The notes under the pieces: model-generated
The model's database searches: none
Seen by the model: the letters and a program-made list of their open reading frames with translations, nothing else
Told to the model about the DNA's origin: nothing
NCBI GenBank assembly: GCA_965223705.1
Contig: OZ245015.1
Location: 4,256,001 to 4,320,000, forward strand
Length of the DNA stretch: 64,000 nucleotides
Direction: 5' to 3'
Origin: Myxococcota bacterium
GTDB lineage: Bacteria; Myxococcota_A; UBA9160; UBA6930
Shown here: positions 50,165 to 59,743 of the stretch, one piece after another
How positions within the stretch are numbered: position 1 is the stretch's first letter
Layout: each line of letters starts with the position of its first letter
Made by a program: the position numbers and the translations under genes

Positions 50165-51462
50165 TCCGCGTCTTTCGCCAAGAGATCCTCGCGCAAGGTC
50201 CGCGCCCCGAGGAAGAAATGCAGTCCGGCCAGCAGGAGCATTACCGCCTGAACGCCCATCAACGAGTAGCGGATCGCGTGATCTCCGAAGGTGCCCGCGA
50301 GAAGATCGTTGAGCACGCCGACGGCCTGGGGGCCGAGTCCCAGACCGATCATGTTGATCACAAAGATCAAGATCGCCGCGGCGACGGCGCGCATCCGGAG
50401 CTTCGCGAGATTCTGCGCGACCGCGAACGCCGGGCCCAGATAGATGGCCGAGAGAAAAACGGAAGGAATGGCGCAAGCCAACGCGAGCGCGATCGTGTCG
50501 GTCGCGTACAGCGCGATCGAAAACGGGATCGCCACAAGCGATGCTGCGCCCGGTACCCAGAGTGCGTAGCGCGTGTCGCCCTTCGCGAGTCGATCGACGA
50601 GCTTGCCGCCGAAGAAAGCCCCGGCCGCACCGAAGATTCCGGTGATCAAGCCCAACCAGGTTCCCGCCTCGCCGGTGCCCATTCCGTGAACGCGGTAGAG
50701 AAATGCCGGCGTCCACACCGCGGCGCCGTAGCCCGCGAACGCCTTGAACGAGGTGGCGAGCGCTAGGTGACGAGCCGAAGGCAGTCGCCCGAGGAAGCGG
50801 GCGGTCTCGCCCGTCGTGGGTTGTTCGGCGGCATCGGCCAGCCCTTCCGACGAACCGCGCAACGGCTCTCGCACCGTGAAACGCACCACCAGGGCCAGCA
50901 AGATCCCGGGCAGGCCGAGGACGTAGAACGCCACCCTCCAGCCGAAGAACTCATTGATCCAGCCTCCCAGGAAGTACCCGAATAGAATCCCGATATGGAT
51001 GCCGGTGGAATAGATCGCCAACGCCGTCGCCCGGCGCTCGGGAGGGAAGTAGTCGGCGAGTAGGGAATGCGCTGCGGGAGTGCAGGCCGCCTCGCCGACG
51101 CCGACCCCGATCCGCGCGAGCGCCAGGTGGGTGAACGAACGCGCCATTCCGGAGACCGCCGTCATCCCGCTCCAGAGCGCGAGCCCGATCGCGATGATCG
51201 AGCGACGCACGCCCCGGTCGGCCCACCGCGCGATGGGAATACCGGCGACGGTGTAGAACAGCGCAAAGGCGATCCCTGTGAGAAAGCCCATCGCCGTGTC
51301 GGAGACCCCGAGATCCTCCTTGATCGGTTGCAGGAGAATGGAGAGGAGCTGGCGGTCGATGAAGTTGACCGCGTAGACCACGACCAGCAGGCCCAGCACG
51401 TAGCGTGCATAGCCTTCGGTCACGAGCTCCGGATTCGGGGTCCCCGGCGGCGCGCTAGCCAA
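50161..51462 (-). CDS. MFS transporter (spinster-like)
   Basis: NFIDRQ, ARWADRGVRR, ARIGVGVGEA, about 12 TMs. Confidence 0.92.
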   Translation of the reverse strand: MASAPPGTPNPELVTEGYARYVLGLLVVVYAVNFIDRQLLSILLQPIKEDLGVSDTAMGFLTGIAFALFYTVAGIPIARWADRGVRRSIIAIGLALWSGMTAVSGMARSFTHLALARIGVGVGEAACTPAAHSLLADYFPPERRATALAIYSTGIHIGILFGYFLGGWINEFFGWRVAFYVLGLPGILLALVVRFTVREPLRGSSEGLADAAEQPTTGETARFLGRLPSARHLALATSFKAFAGYGAAVWTPAFLYRVHGMGTGEAGTWLGLITGIFGAAGAFFGGKLVDRLAKGDTRYALWVPGAASLVAIPFSIALYATDTIALALACAIPSVFLSAIYLGPAFAVAQNLAKLRMRAVAAAILIFVINMIGLGLGPQAVGVLNDLLAGTFGDHAIRYSLMGVQAVMLLLAGLHFFLGARTLREDLLAKDAE

Positions 51463-52420
51463 GGCCCAAGTTCTTGCGGATGCGCTCCTCGGGATCCGAA
51501 ACGTCTGGGGCGAATGCGCGGCCGGTAATTTGCTCGTAGGCCGCGATATAGCGGCGGGCCGCTTCACAGCGGACGTCGTCCGGCAAAGCCGGAGGCGTGC
51601 CCTCCCCCTTGTAACCCTGCTCGCCGAGCCAACGCCGGACGTATTCCTTGTCGAGTGCCTTCGGGTCCTCACCCACCTTCATCGCCTCGTCGTACGCGTC
51701 GCGGTACCAGTAGCGCGAGGAGTCGGGCGTATGGATTTCGTCGATCACCACCAGGGCGCCATCCGACTCGAGGCCAAGCTCGTACTTCGTGTCAACGAGA
51801 ATCAAGCCCTGTTTTTCAGCCCACTCGGTTCCGGTTGCAAAGAGCGACATCACGAGGCGTTCGCAGCGGTCGTAGAGCTCCTCACTGAGCGTTCCGTTTG
51901 CGATGATTTCCTCGCGCGAAGTCAGCTCGTCGTGATCGCCCTTCTGCGCTTTCGTCGTCGGTGTGAGAAGCGGCTCGGGAAGCTTCTCGTGCCGCTTCAG
52001 TCCATCGGGCAATGTGTGGCCGCAATACTCGCGATCGCCGCGGTTGTAAGCGGTAAGGATCGAGGTCGACGTCGATCCGGTCAGATAACCGCGCACGACG
52101 AACTCGACGGGTAGCGGGTTGCACTCGCGAACCCAGGAGACAGCGGGGTCGGGGACCGACTCGAGGTGATTGTCGGCGAGGTCGGCGGTCTTCTCGAACC
52201 AAAACGCTGCAAGCTGGTTCAGCACCTGGCCCTTGAGCGGGATCGTCCCCACAACGACGTCAAAGCAACTGACGCGGTCGGTCACGACGATGGCGCGTCG
52301 TCCGTCCTGGATGTAGCTGTCGCGCACCTTGCCCTCTTCGCGACGACCGAGCCCTTCGAAGTTCGTCGTTTCGAGGGTTCGATTGCAGAGGTCCGGAAGG
52401 ATCGTTTCGAGATCGGTCAT
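51455..52420 (-). CDS. purC: SAICAR synthase
   Basis: GKVRDSY, TDRVSCFD, EFVVRGY, TPTTK, DTKYE, DEIHTPDSSR. Confidence 0.96.
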   Translation of the reverse strand: MTDLETILPDLCNRTLETTNFEGLGRREEGKVRDSYIQDGRRAIVVTDRVSCFDVVVGTIPLKGQVLNQLAAFWFEKTADLADNHLESVPDPAVSWVRECNPLPVEFVVRGYLTGSTSTSILTAYNRGDREYCGHTLPDGLKRHEKLPEPLLTPTTKAQKGDHDELTSREEIIANGTLSEELYDRCERLVMSLFATGTEWAEKQGLILVDTKYELGLESDGALVVIDEIHTPDSSRYWYRDAYDEAMKVGEDPKALDKEYVRRWLGEQGYKGEGTPPALPDDVRCEAARRYIAAYEQITGRAFAPDVSDPEERIRKNLGLG

Positions 52421-52426
52421 ATTCTC

Positions 52427-53689
52427 CTATGCCTCGTTGGGGATGATCTCGGTGGCAAAAAGATCGGTGAGGGGTTGTCGCGGCCGCACGAGATGGGGGG
52501 TTCCATCGCGTACGAAAACTTCTGCCGCGAAGCCGCGGCTGTTGTAGTTGGAGCTCATCGCAAACGCGTACGCACCCGCACACTCGATCACGACAAAATC
52601 GCCCACGGAGGCGACGGGCAAGTCTTCGGTTCGCACGAAGCCGCCGTCCTCTTGCGTAAAAATGTCGCCCGACTCGCAGAGCGGACCGCCCACGACGACA
52701 GGCCGAAGCTCTCCCGTGGCATGGTTGTCGCGGAACGCGATCGACATCGGGTGATACGCCCCATAGAGAATGGGGCGCGCCAGGTTGTTAAAGCCCGCAT
52801 CGAGCACGTAGAACGTGTTCTTTCCCATCTGCTTGATCGCGCGGATCTCCGCGACCAAATAGCCGGCCTCCGCGACGAGGTAGCGACCGGGTTCGATCTC
52901 GAGCCGGACCGGGTGCCCGAACCGCTCGGCGAGCCGGTTTCGCGACGCGTCCCACAGCCTCTGGTACGCGTCGACGTCGATATCGGGATCGTCTTCTCGG
53001 TACGCGATCGGCAGGCCACCGCCGGCGCTGATCGACGTGACTTGCGGACCGACCTGTTTCGCGAACTCTTCCACCGCACCGGCCACTTCCGAGAGATGTT
53101 GGTAGTCCGTTCCCGAACCGATGTGAACGTGTAAGCCCGAGATTCGCAGGTCGTATCGCGCCGCGCGCTCGACGCACCGGGCGAGATCCTCGTACCAGAT
53201 ACCGTGCTTACTCTGCTCGCCACCGGTGTTCGTCTTCTGACTGTGGCCGTGCCCGAAGCCCGGGTTGATGCGCAACGTGATGTGCCCGCCCGGTGCGCGC
53301 TCACCGTACTGGTCGATCATGTCCGGCGAACCGCAATTGACATGAACGCCGCGCGAAACCACCAAGTCGAGGGCTTCTTCGTCGAAGATGTCGGCGGTGT
53401 ACACGATCGGCGGCGGATCGCCTTCGGGCTCGTAGCCCGCGGCGAGGGCGCGCAGCACTTCGCCGGCAGAAACGGCGTCGACCAACGTGCCGTTGCGACG
53501 GCACCAATCGACCACGGCCAAGTTGCTGTTGGCTTTTTGCGCGTACCGGACGACGTCGAACCCGCGGAGGGAAGCGACCTGCGCAGCGATCTGGGCAGCG
53601 TCGTACACGTAGGTGGGCGTCCCGAACGTCCGGGCGAGTTCCGTCACCGGGACGCCGGCGATTTCCGAACGCAGGGGAGATCGGGGCAT
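52427..53689 (-). CDS. lysA: diaminopimelate decarboxylase
   Basis: YAQKANS, HVHIGSG, EPGRYL, GPLCESGD, GAY..MSSNYN. Confidence 0.96.
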   Translation of the reverse strand: MPRSPLRSEIAGVPVTELARTFGTPTYVYDAAQIAAQVASLRGFDVVRYAQKANSNLAVVDWCRRNGTLVDAVSAGEVLRALAAGYEPEGDPPPIVYTADIFDEEALDLVVSRGVHVNCGSPDMIDQYGERAPGGHITLRINPGFGHGHSQKTNTGGEQSKHGIWYEDLARCVERAARYDLRISGLHVHIGSGTDYQHLSEVAGAVEEFAKQVGPQVTSISAGGGLPIAYREDDPDIDVDAYQRLWDASRNRLAERFGHPVRLEIEPGRYLVAEAGYLVAEIRAIKQMGKNTFYVLDAGFNNLARPILYGAYHPMSIAFRDNHATGELRPVVVGGPLCESGDIFTQEDGGFVRTEDLPVASVGDFVVIECAGAYAFAMSSNYNSRGFAAEVFVRDGTPHLVRPRQPLTDLFATEIIPNEA

Positions 53690-53744
53690 GGCGGGAGGTT
53701 ACCCCAGGGGCTTCCCCCATCGCGAGATGGGGTACCACGGGGTT

Positions 53745-54608
53745 GTGACGTTGCCTTCCCAAACTACACCCGCCGATGATTTTCGCGCGTTGGCCTCCGA
53801 GCTCCGAGCGGACCCGAGCGGCGGCGCAACGCTGACCGAGGCGGCGCTCCGCCTGGCGGCGCTGTTCGCCGAGCGGGGGGACGGGGCTGTCGTCGACGCG
53901 ACGCTCGACGGGTTGGCGGAAGCGGCGCGGCCGCGAGTCGACGCCGCCGCGGGCAACTTCGCCCGCGCCGAAGCGCTGGTCGAATGCCTCGGGAACGAGG
54001 CGGGTTTTCGCGGTGACCGCAACTCCTACTACGACCCGCGCAACAGCTTTCTGCCCGACGTTCTCGAACGCCGTTCTGGTATTCCCATCACGCTGGCACT
54101 CGTCTACGTGGAAGTCGCGCGTCGGCTCGGGGTTCCGGTTTTCGGCGTCAGCTTTCCCGGGCATTTCTTGGCGCGCTTGCGCGATGACGAGAACGTCGAG
54201 GAAACCGTCTGGATCGACGCTTTCGAGCGGCGGGTTCTCCGCGACGCCGACTGCGCCGCGCGGTGGAAGCAGATCGTGGGTAAGAACACGCCCTTTGTCC
54301 CCGAAGCCCTGGCCAGCGCAACTGTCCTCGACTTCCTGGTCCGGATGACCGGGAACCTGAAGCAGATCTATCTCGAAAAACGCGATGCCGCTTACGCGTG
54401 GGTTTGCTGCGATGCGCTCGTCGAACTCTCGGGCGGCGGAGCTCCGGAGCGGCGCGATCGCGGGCTTCTCTACGAGCAGCTGGGGCGACCCGCCCTGGCC
54501 CGAGAAGATTTCGAAGCGTTCCTCGCCGCGGCGCCCGACGACGAAACCGCTCCGGTCATCCGGCAGCGACTGGCGGGGCTGCAGGGAAAAACCGAGCAGC
54601 TCAACTAG
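53745..54608 (+). CDS. SirB1 family transglutaminase-like protein with TPR
   Basis: YYDPRNSFL, RRSGIPITL, FPGHF, RMTGNLK, ERRDRGL. Confidence 0.88.
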   Translation: MTLPSQTTPADDFRALASELRADPSGGATLTEAALRLAALFAERGDGAVVDATLDGLAEAARPRVDAAAGNFARAEALVECLGNEAGFRGDRNSYYDPRNSFLPDVLERRSGIPITLALVYVEVARRLGVPVFGVSFPGHFLARLRDDENVEETVWIDAFERRVLRDADCAARWKQIVGKNTPFVPEALASATVLDFLVRMTGNLKQIYLEKRDAAYAWVCCDALVELSGGGAPERRDRGLLYEQLGRPALAREDFEAFLAAAPDDETAPVIRQRLAGLQGKTEQLN

Positions 54609-55966
54609 CCGCGGAGCACTGCGCCGTCGGGGATTACCGCGGGCTCCGTCACCTCGAGACGAACCGAGCCCCGACAGACGACGCCCTTTCCGAAGCGCAC
54701 CGGCCCGCGGACGCGGAGCTCTCCGCACTCGCGAAGCGACGGGGGGCCGCTCGGAAAGAGCGCGTCGAGTCCTTCGAGATCCCTGCAGCGCTCGGGGTCG
54801 AGATCGATCCGCGGCAGGGGATTCGCTGCCGGCCGGAGCCGGTGATCGTCACCCAAGGCATAGGCGTCCGAGCGCACGAGTAGGAGATCGCCGACGGTCT
54901 TCACTGGAGCAAAGCGAAGGTGGGAAACGGCGATGGCCCGCGTTTCGCGGAAGACGCCGATGGCGGCACCCATCGCCGACTCGAGCTGAACCACGGCGCG
55001 CCCGTGGACGTCTTTGCGGTTTCGAATCATCGGAAGAGGGAGGAACCCGCCGTGGGCCTCGAGGGCATCGGCCAGTCGATCGAGCTCGAGCCACAGGTTG
55101 TTCGTGTTGAAGAATCGGTAGCGCTGCGTGTCCTGAAACGCGTCGATTTCGTCGTCGGGACACTGCGCGATTTCTCGCAGGACGAGCCCGCCGCCCTTCG
55201 CCTTCGCCAAGTGTCCACCTTTTCGGTGCGCGGGCGTGCGCCGGCAGACCTCCATCGCGAATGCGGCCCCGCTTTCCGCAAACCAGTGCAGAAGTTTCGG
55301 CTCGAACACGGCGCCCAAGTTGTCAGCGTTGGAAACGAACGCGTAGCGCACACCCGCTTCGCGAAGTGATGCGAGGGCGCCGGAAGCCAGCATCGCTGGG
55401 TAGAGATCGCCGTGCCCAGGTGGACACCACTCCGCGTCGGGATCCTCGGCGCACGCAAACGGCGTCGCGTCGGACGCGACGATGCGGGGCACTTTGTTTT
55501 GCAAGAAATCGAGCGGAGCCGTCTGTCCCGCTTCGAGTTCGGGATACCGGGAAAGTGCGGCCAGCGTGTCGGTCCGGGTCCGGTAGCTGTTCATGAACAC
55601 GATCGGGAGCGCGCCGCGTGTCGCGCCCCGCGCGTGCAACGTCTGCTCTGCAATGATGTCGAGAAACGTCTGGTCGCCGCGAACCGGAAGGAGAGATTTC
55701 GCGCGCGTCATCCCCATGCTGGTGCCGAGACCGCCGTTCAGCTTGATGACGGCGCACGACCGGAGAAGACGTTCGGTATCCGCCGGCGGTTCGGGCAACG
55801 CCTCGGCGTCGGGGAGGGACTCGACGGGTTCGATCTCGCGCTCGGGGATCACCCCGGTCCCACCTGCGAGAAACTGCTCGTAGTGATATCGATAGCTCTC
55901 GATCGCGGCGGCGGGCAGGCCCTCCTTCGCCATCTTGGCTTCGAAGGCAGCGAACTCGCCGCTCAC
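54605..55966 (-). CDS. UTP--glucose-1-phosphate uridylyltransferase (eukaryote/actinobacteria-like UDPGP family)
   Basis: KLNGGLGTSMG..AKS, FMNS, WCPPGHGD, SNADNLGA, FNTNNLW, QLESAMG, RFAPVK. Confidence 0.92.
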   Translation of the reverse strand: MSGEFAAFEAKMAKEGLPAAAIESYRYHYEQFLAGGTGVIPEREIEPVESLPDAEALPEPPADTERLLRSCAVIKLNGGLGTSMGMTRAKSLLPVRGDQTFLDIIAEQTLHARGATRGALPIVFMNSYRTRTDTLAALSRYPELEAGQTAPLDFLQNKVPRIVASDATPFACAEDPDAEWCPPGHGDLYPAMLASGALASLREAGVRYAFVSNADNLGAVFEPKLLHWFAESGAAFAMEVCRRTPAHRKGGHLAKAKGGGLVLREIAQCPDDEIDAFQDTQRYRFFNTNNLWLELDRLADALEAHGGFLPLPMIRNRKDVHGRAVVQLESAMGAAIGVFRETRAIAVSHLRFAPVKTVGDLLLVRSDAYALGDDHRLRPAANPLPRIDLDPERCRDLEGLDALFPSGPPSLRECGELRVRGPVRFGKGVVCRGSVRLEVTEPAVIPDGAVLRG

Positions 55967-57270
55967 GCTTGGCTGGTCAGGAAGTGGGACAGCACGTCGA
56001 TCATGGGCGCGACATCGGCGGTGGCTGCCATTTCGCGACACGAGTGCATCGAGAGCATCGGGTTGCCGACGTCGACGGTGCGAATTCCGACGCGCGCCGC
56101 GCTGATCGGGCCGATCGTCGAACCGCAGCCGAGATCGCTGCGCGAGACGAAGTTCTGGTGCGACACGCCCGCGCTCCGACACAACCCGGCGAACACACCG
56201 GCCGTCTCCGCATCGGTGGCGTAGGACTGATTGGCATTGGTCTTGATCACCGGCCCGCCGCCGAGCTTCGGGTGGTGTCCGGGTTCGTGCTTGTCGGCGT
56301 AGTTCGGGTGGACCGCATGCGCCATATCGGCGGACACCATCATCGAACGCGCCGCAGCACGCGCGAGTCCCTGACGTTCGCCGTCTTTGACGGCATTCAC
56401 GGTGCGTTCGAGAACATCGCCGAGCAGGGTGCCGCCGGCACCGGAAGCGCTGCGGCTACCGACCTCTTCGTGGTCGTAGAAGACGAGCATGCGCGTGAAA
56501 TCCGGCAGCGGACCGCTCACGGCGTCGACCAACGCGGCGAGACCGGCGTGACACGAGGCCAGGTTGTCGAGACGCGCGGACAGGAGAAACTCTCCACGCG
56601 CGCCCGCAACGCAGGCGGGCTGAACATCGTAGGTCATCAGATCGAACGAGCGGAGATCCTCGGCGCCGATCCGCGCGATCCCGCGCGCGCGGAGCTCAGA
56701 AGCGATCAATTCCGCCAGGTTCGGACTGTCTTCGAGACCCGCGACCGGCACCAGGTGTTGCTGGGCGTTCAGCTCGAGGCCCTTCGTCGCGATCTCGCGG
56801 TTCAAGTGGATCGCCAAGTTCGGTACGCGGAGCAGGGGTCGCTCGAAATCGATCAGGCAGACTCGGGTTTCGCCGTCCGACTCGTAGGCGACGCGACCCG
56901 CGAGAGAGAGATCGCGATCGAGCCACGTGTGGAGCAGTACGCCGCCGTAGATCTCCACGGCGAACTGCCGGTAGCCGTGGGCGGTGACGTCGGGGTTCGG
57001 TTTGAGTCGCAGGTTCGGCGAATCCGTGTGCGCGCCCACGATCCGGAACCCGGCCTCGGCGGGATTTCGCGCCCCGATCTGAAATGCCGCCACGGAACCC
57101 TCGGAGCGGACGACGTAACGCAAGTCACCCGGTTCGAGTTGCCACAGATCGCCCTCCGCCAACGCTCGGAAACCCGCCGCCTCGAGGCGACGCGTCGTTT
57201 CGGCCACCGCGTGGTAGGGCGTCGGGCTGCGATCGAGGAAGCGCAGCAGATCGGCGACTCGGTCGGTCAA
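55963..57270 (-). CDS. M18 family aspartyl aminopeptidase
   Basis: SPTPYHA, GAHTDSP, RLDNL, DHEEVGS, DMAHAVHPNY, GSTIGP, SMHS. Confidence 0.95.
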   Translation of the reverse strand: MTDRVADLLRFLDRSPTPYHAVAETTRRLEAAGFRALAEGDLWQLEPGDLRYVVRSEGSVAAFQIGARNPAEAGFRIVGAHTDSPNLRLKPNPDVTAHGYRQFAVEIYGGVLLHTWLDRDLSLAGRVAYESDGETRVCLIDFERPLLRVPNLAIHLNREIATKGLELNAQQHLVPVAGLEDSPNLAELIASELRARGIARIGAEDLRSFDLMTYDVQPACVAGARGEFLLSARLDNLASCHAGLAALVDAVSGPLPDFTRMLVFYDHEEVGSRSASGAGGTLLGDVLERTVNAVKDGERQGLARAAARSMMVSADMAHAVHPNYADKHEPGHHPKLGGGPVIKTNANQSYATDAETAGVFAGLCRSAGVSHQNFVSRSDLGCGSTIGPISAARVGIRTVDVGNPMLSMHSCREMAATADVAPMIDVLSHFLTSQA

Positions 57271-57280
57271 AGGCGCCCCC

Positions 57281-57502
57281 CTACGCCGCGATGGCATCCG
57301 GGGGCTGCGAAGCCGCGGGCTTGGCCGCGGCGAGAACGCGCACTTCGGCGACGGGTCGGAGTGCCTCACGCTCCGGCGGCGGCTCCGGCGGCGCTTCCTG
57401 TGCGGCTCGCCAGGCCCGGATGCCCCGGAACAACCACAGAGCGATCCGCGAGCCCACGATAGCGATGACGACTTCTCCGCCCATCAGAAAGAACAACGGC
57501 AT
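57281..57502 (-). CDS. small single-pass membrane protein (73 aa), hypothetical
   Basis: GAGGA SD, hydrophobic N-terminus, Pro/Ala-rich tail; ends 10 nt before the M18 start; upstream TAGAAT. Confidence 0.5.
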   Translation of the reverse strand: MPLFFLMGGEVVIAIVGSRIALWLFRGIRAWRAAQEAPPEPPPEREALRPVAEVRVLAAAKPAASQPPDAIAA

Positions 57503-57521
57503 GCTTTTCCTCGCTTCTTCG

Positions 57522-57600
57522 ATTCTAGCAAGCCCCAAGATGACGCCTCGATGACGAAATTGCTGCGCAAACCTCACAATTCGGTCAACAGACTGTCGTT
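57522..57600. promoter_or_regulatory. pho-box-like direct repeats and -10 element
   Basis: Minus-strand CGTCAT-N5-CGTCAT (57556-57540) 12 nt before TAGAAT (57527-57522); plus-strand CTCAC/GTCAA/GTCGT at 57573, 57584 and 57595. Confidence 0.5.
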
Positions 57601-57643
57601 CGCGGCTGGTTAACTCGGGATCTCCGGGGACGGGCGGAGGTTC

Positions 57644-58333
57644 ATGAACGGTCAAGGCGTACTCGTGGCTTGCTCCGACGAGGCAACCCGCAAAGAAATG
57701 GTGGAGAGTCTGCCGAGCGGCGCCATCCAGCTCCACGAGGCGCGGACGGGCCAAGAGGCAATGGCGCTCGTCCTACGAGAAAAGCCCAGCCTCGTGCTGA
57801 CCGACGCCGTCTTGAGCGACCAGCTGGGCCTCAGCCTGGTTCGAGAAATCCGCGACAACCCGGAGCTCGAGGCCACCCGGGTGGCCGTCATCTCTGCGTT
57901 CGCCAGCGAAATGGACCGGGTGATGGCCTTCGAAACCGGCGCAGACGACTTCGTCGCCCATCCTTTCTTCCGACGAGAGCTCACGGCGCGCATCTCGGCA
58001 CTGCTCCGCCGCGGCAGTGGCCCCCGCCGGCGCTCGACGCGTGAGCTCGACGGCGGAGGCGCGATTCAGATCGATCTCGACCGCAAGCGCGTCGAGGTAC
58101 ACGGCGAACAAGTGGATCTCACCCGCAAGGAGTTCGACCTCCTGACGGCGCTGGTTCGCAAATCCGGCCGCGTCGTCAGCCGCGAGAATTTGATCGACGA
58201 AGTCTGGGGCCCCGAGGTCCATCTCACCGAGCGCTCGGTGGACGCCCATATCAAGCAGTTGCGGCGAAAGCTCGGTACTGCTCGCGACACGGTCCAAACC
58301 GTTCGGGGCGTGGGCTACCGCTTCAGCGCCTGA
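57644..58333 (+). CDS. OmpR/PhoB family response regulator, atypical receiver, orphan
   Basis: wHTH LTRKEFDLL, RSVDAHIKQLRRKL, TVRGVGY; receiver has ACSD and VAHPF. Confidence 0.9.
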   Translation: MNGQGVLVACSDEATRKEMVESLPSGAIQLHEARTGQEAMALVLREKPSLVLTDAVLSDQLGLSLVREIRDNPELEATRVAVISAFASEMDRVMAFETGADDFVAHPFFRRELTARISALLRRGSGPRRRSTRELDGGGAIQIDLDRKRVEVHGEQVDLTRKEFDLLTALVRKSGRVVSRENLIDEVWGPEVHLTERSVDAHIKQLRRKLGTARDTVQTVRGVGYRFSA

Positions 58334-58402
58334 CTCCGCGGTGGCATGTAGGCATTTTGCACCAGAATTAAGTGACGGCATCGTTTGTCCGCAAGGACAA
58401 AG

Positions 58403-59335
58403 ATGCCGTATCGCATCCCCCTCGCGTTTCTTCTCACAATCGTCACCGCCTCGTGGGCGGGCGCGGCGGATCACGAGGTCAGCCTGACGCCCCGCGACTT
58501 CTTCCCGGGCGATTCGTACGCCCTGTTTCTGCGGACCGACTCGACCACGGAAGCACATCTGCGTTCGACACCGGTCCGGTCCCACTGGGACATGGTCGAA
58601 CTCCGCTATAGCGCCGCAGTGATCGTCACCGAAGTGGACGACGAAGGGATCCCCACTCGGGAGCGACACGAAGGCGCACAGCTGACCTACGTGCGGCCTT
58701 ACGAAACCGAAGCTCTGTTCGACGAGAAAGTGTCACTCGACATCCATCGCTTGTCGCGCGGGCGCGTCGAGATCTACCACGCCGGGGAACGCGTCGCCGG
58801 AAAGATCGAGCGAACGATCGAAAAAGTGCTCGCACAACAATTCGAGTACGGACTCGGCCCCGAATTATTCACCCCGTCGCAACCCGTCGCAGTGGGAGAT
58901 ACCTGGGCGCTCGACCCGTGGGTTGCGCGGCGCTTCCTGCGACAGCTGGGGGTGCGAGCGATTCGCGTTTCGAAAGACGCGACAGCGACCCTCGTACGCT
59001 CGCACCGCGAAGGTGCGGTCGGCGAGCTCGCGATCCGCTACAGCATCCCGATCCCGTGGTTCGCGCCGGAAAGAATGCCCGCGTACTCGCTTCCCGCGGA
59101 CTCCAACGGACTCCTCGAAGGAGAGATCGTACTGCCGCCTCATCCCGCGCTGGGACACATCGGCCACTCGTCCATGTTGACCCTCAGCGCCCACGGGAGC
59201 CTGCGCGTAACCGCACCCGGTGGCGGCAAAGCCTGGCTGGTACAGAGCGCCATCGAGGCGGATCAGCGGACCCGCATGGTGAAGAAGCGTCTCGGCAGCG
59301 CTCGGATCAAGGTGTCCGCGATCGCTGCGCCCTGA
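58403..59335 (+). CDS. exported hypothetical protein
   Basis: Signal peptide (..ASWAGA), long ORF, beta-rich, AAGGA SD. Confidence 0.7.
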   Translation: MPYRIPLAFLLTIVTASWAGAADHEVSLTPRDFFPGDSYALFLRTDSTTEAHLRSTPVRSHWDMVELRYSAAVIVTEVDDEGIPTRERHEGAQLTYVRPYETEALFDEKVSLDIHRLSRGRVEIYHAGERVAGKIERTIEKVLAQQFEYGLGPELFTPSQPVAVGDTWALDPWVARRFLRQLGVRAIRVSKDATATLVRSHREGAVGELAIRYSIPIPWFAPERMPAYSLPADSNGLLEGEIVLPPHPALGHIGHSSMLTLSAHGSLRVTAPGGGKAWLVQSAIEADQRTRMVKKRLGSARIKVSAIAAP

Positions 59336-59342
59336 CGGGTCG

Positions 59343-59741
59343 TTAGTGGGTGGTGCTGAACGAGAGCGCCACCGCACCGCCTCGTTTCGCAGCGTCCCAG
59401 ACCTGAACGAACGTGCCGTGGCTCGACTTCTCGTGCGCGCGGATGGAGATCGGGGTTTCGGGCTCTTTGAGCGCGCCCTTTACGACCTCGCTCACTTCGG
59501 CGAGTGAGATCTCGCGGCGATCGATCAGGATCTTGTTCTCCGACGTGATCTCGAGCGCCAGGTTGTCGCTCTCCTCTTGGTCGACGGGCTCGGCGGCGTC
59601 GGGCTTGCTCACCTGCACGCCCTGCTCTTCGATAAAGACGGTCGTCACGATGAAGAAGATCAGCAAGATGAAGATGCAGTCGATCATCGGCGAGAGGTTG
59701 ATCTCGGTCGCTTCTTCCTCGCTGAGAATCCGCTTCGCCAT
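59343..59741 (-). CDS. exbD: biopolymer transporter ExbD
   Basis: INLSPMIDCIFILLIFFIVTT. Confidence 0.93.
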   Translation of the reverse strand: MAKRILSEEEATEINLSPMIDCIFILLIFFIVTTVFIEEQGVQVSKPDAAEPVDQEESDNLALEITSENKILIDRREISLAEVSEVVKGALKEPETPISIRAHEKSSHGTFVQVWDAAKRGGAVALSFSTTH

Positions 59742-59743
59742 CG

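Noticed and set aside
53715..53732. CCCCATC-GCGA-GATGGGG palindrome between lysA and the SirB1-like gene
   Set aside because: Short and GC-rich; plausible by chance with no other support
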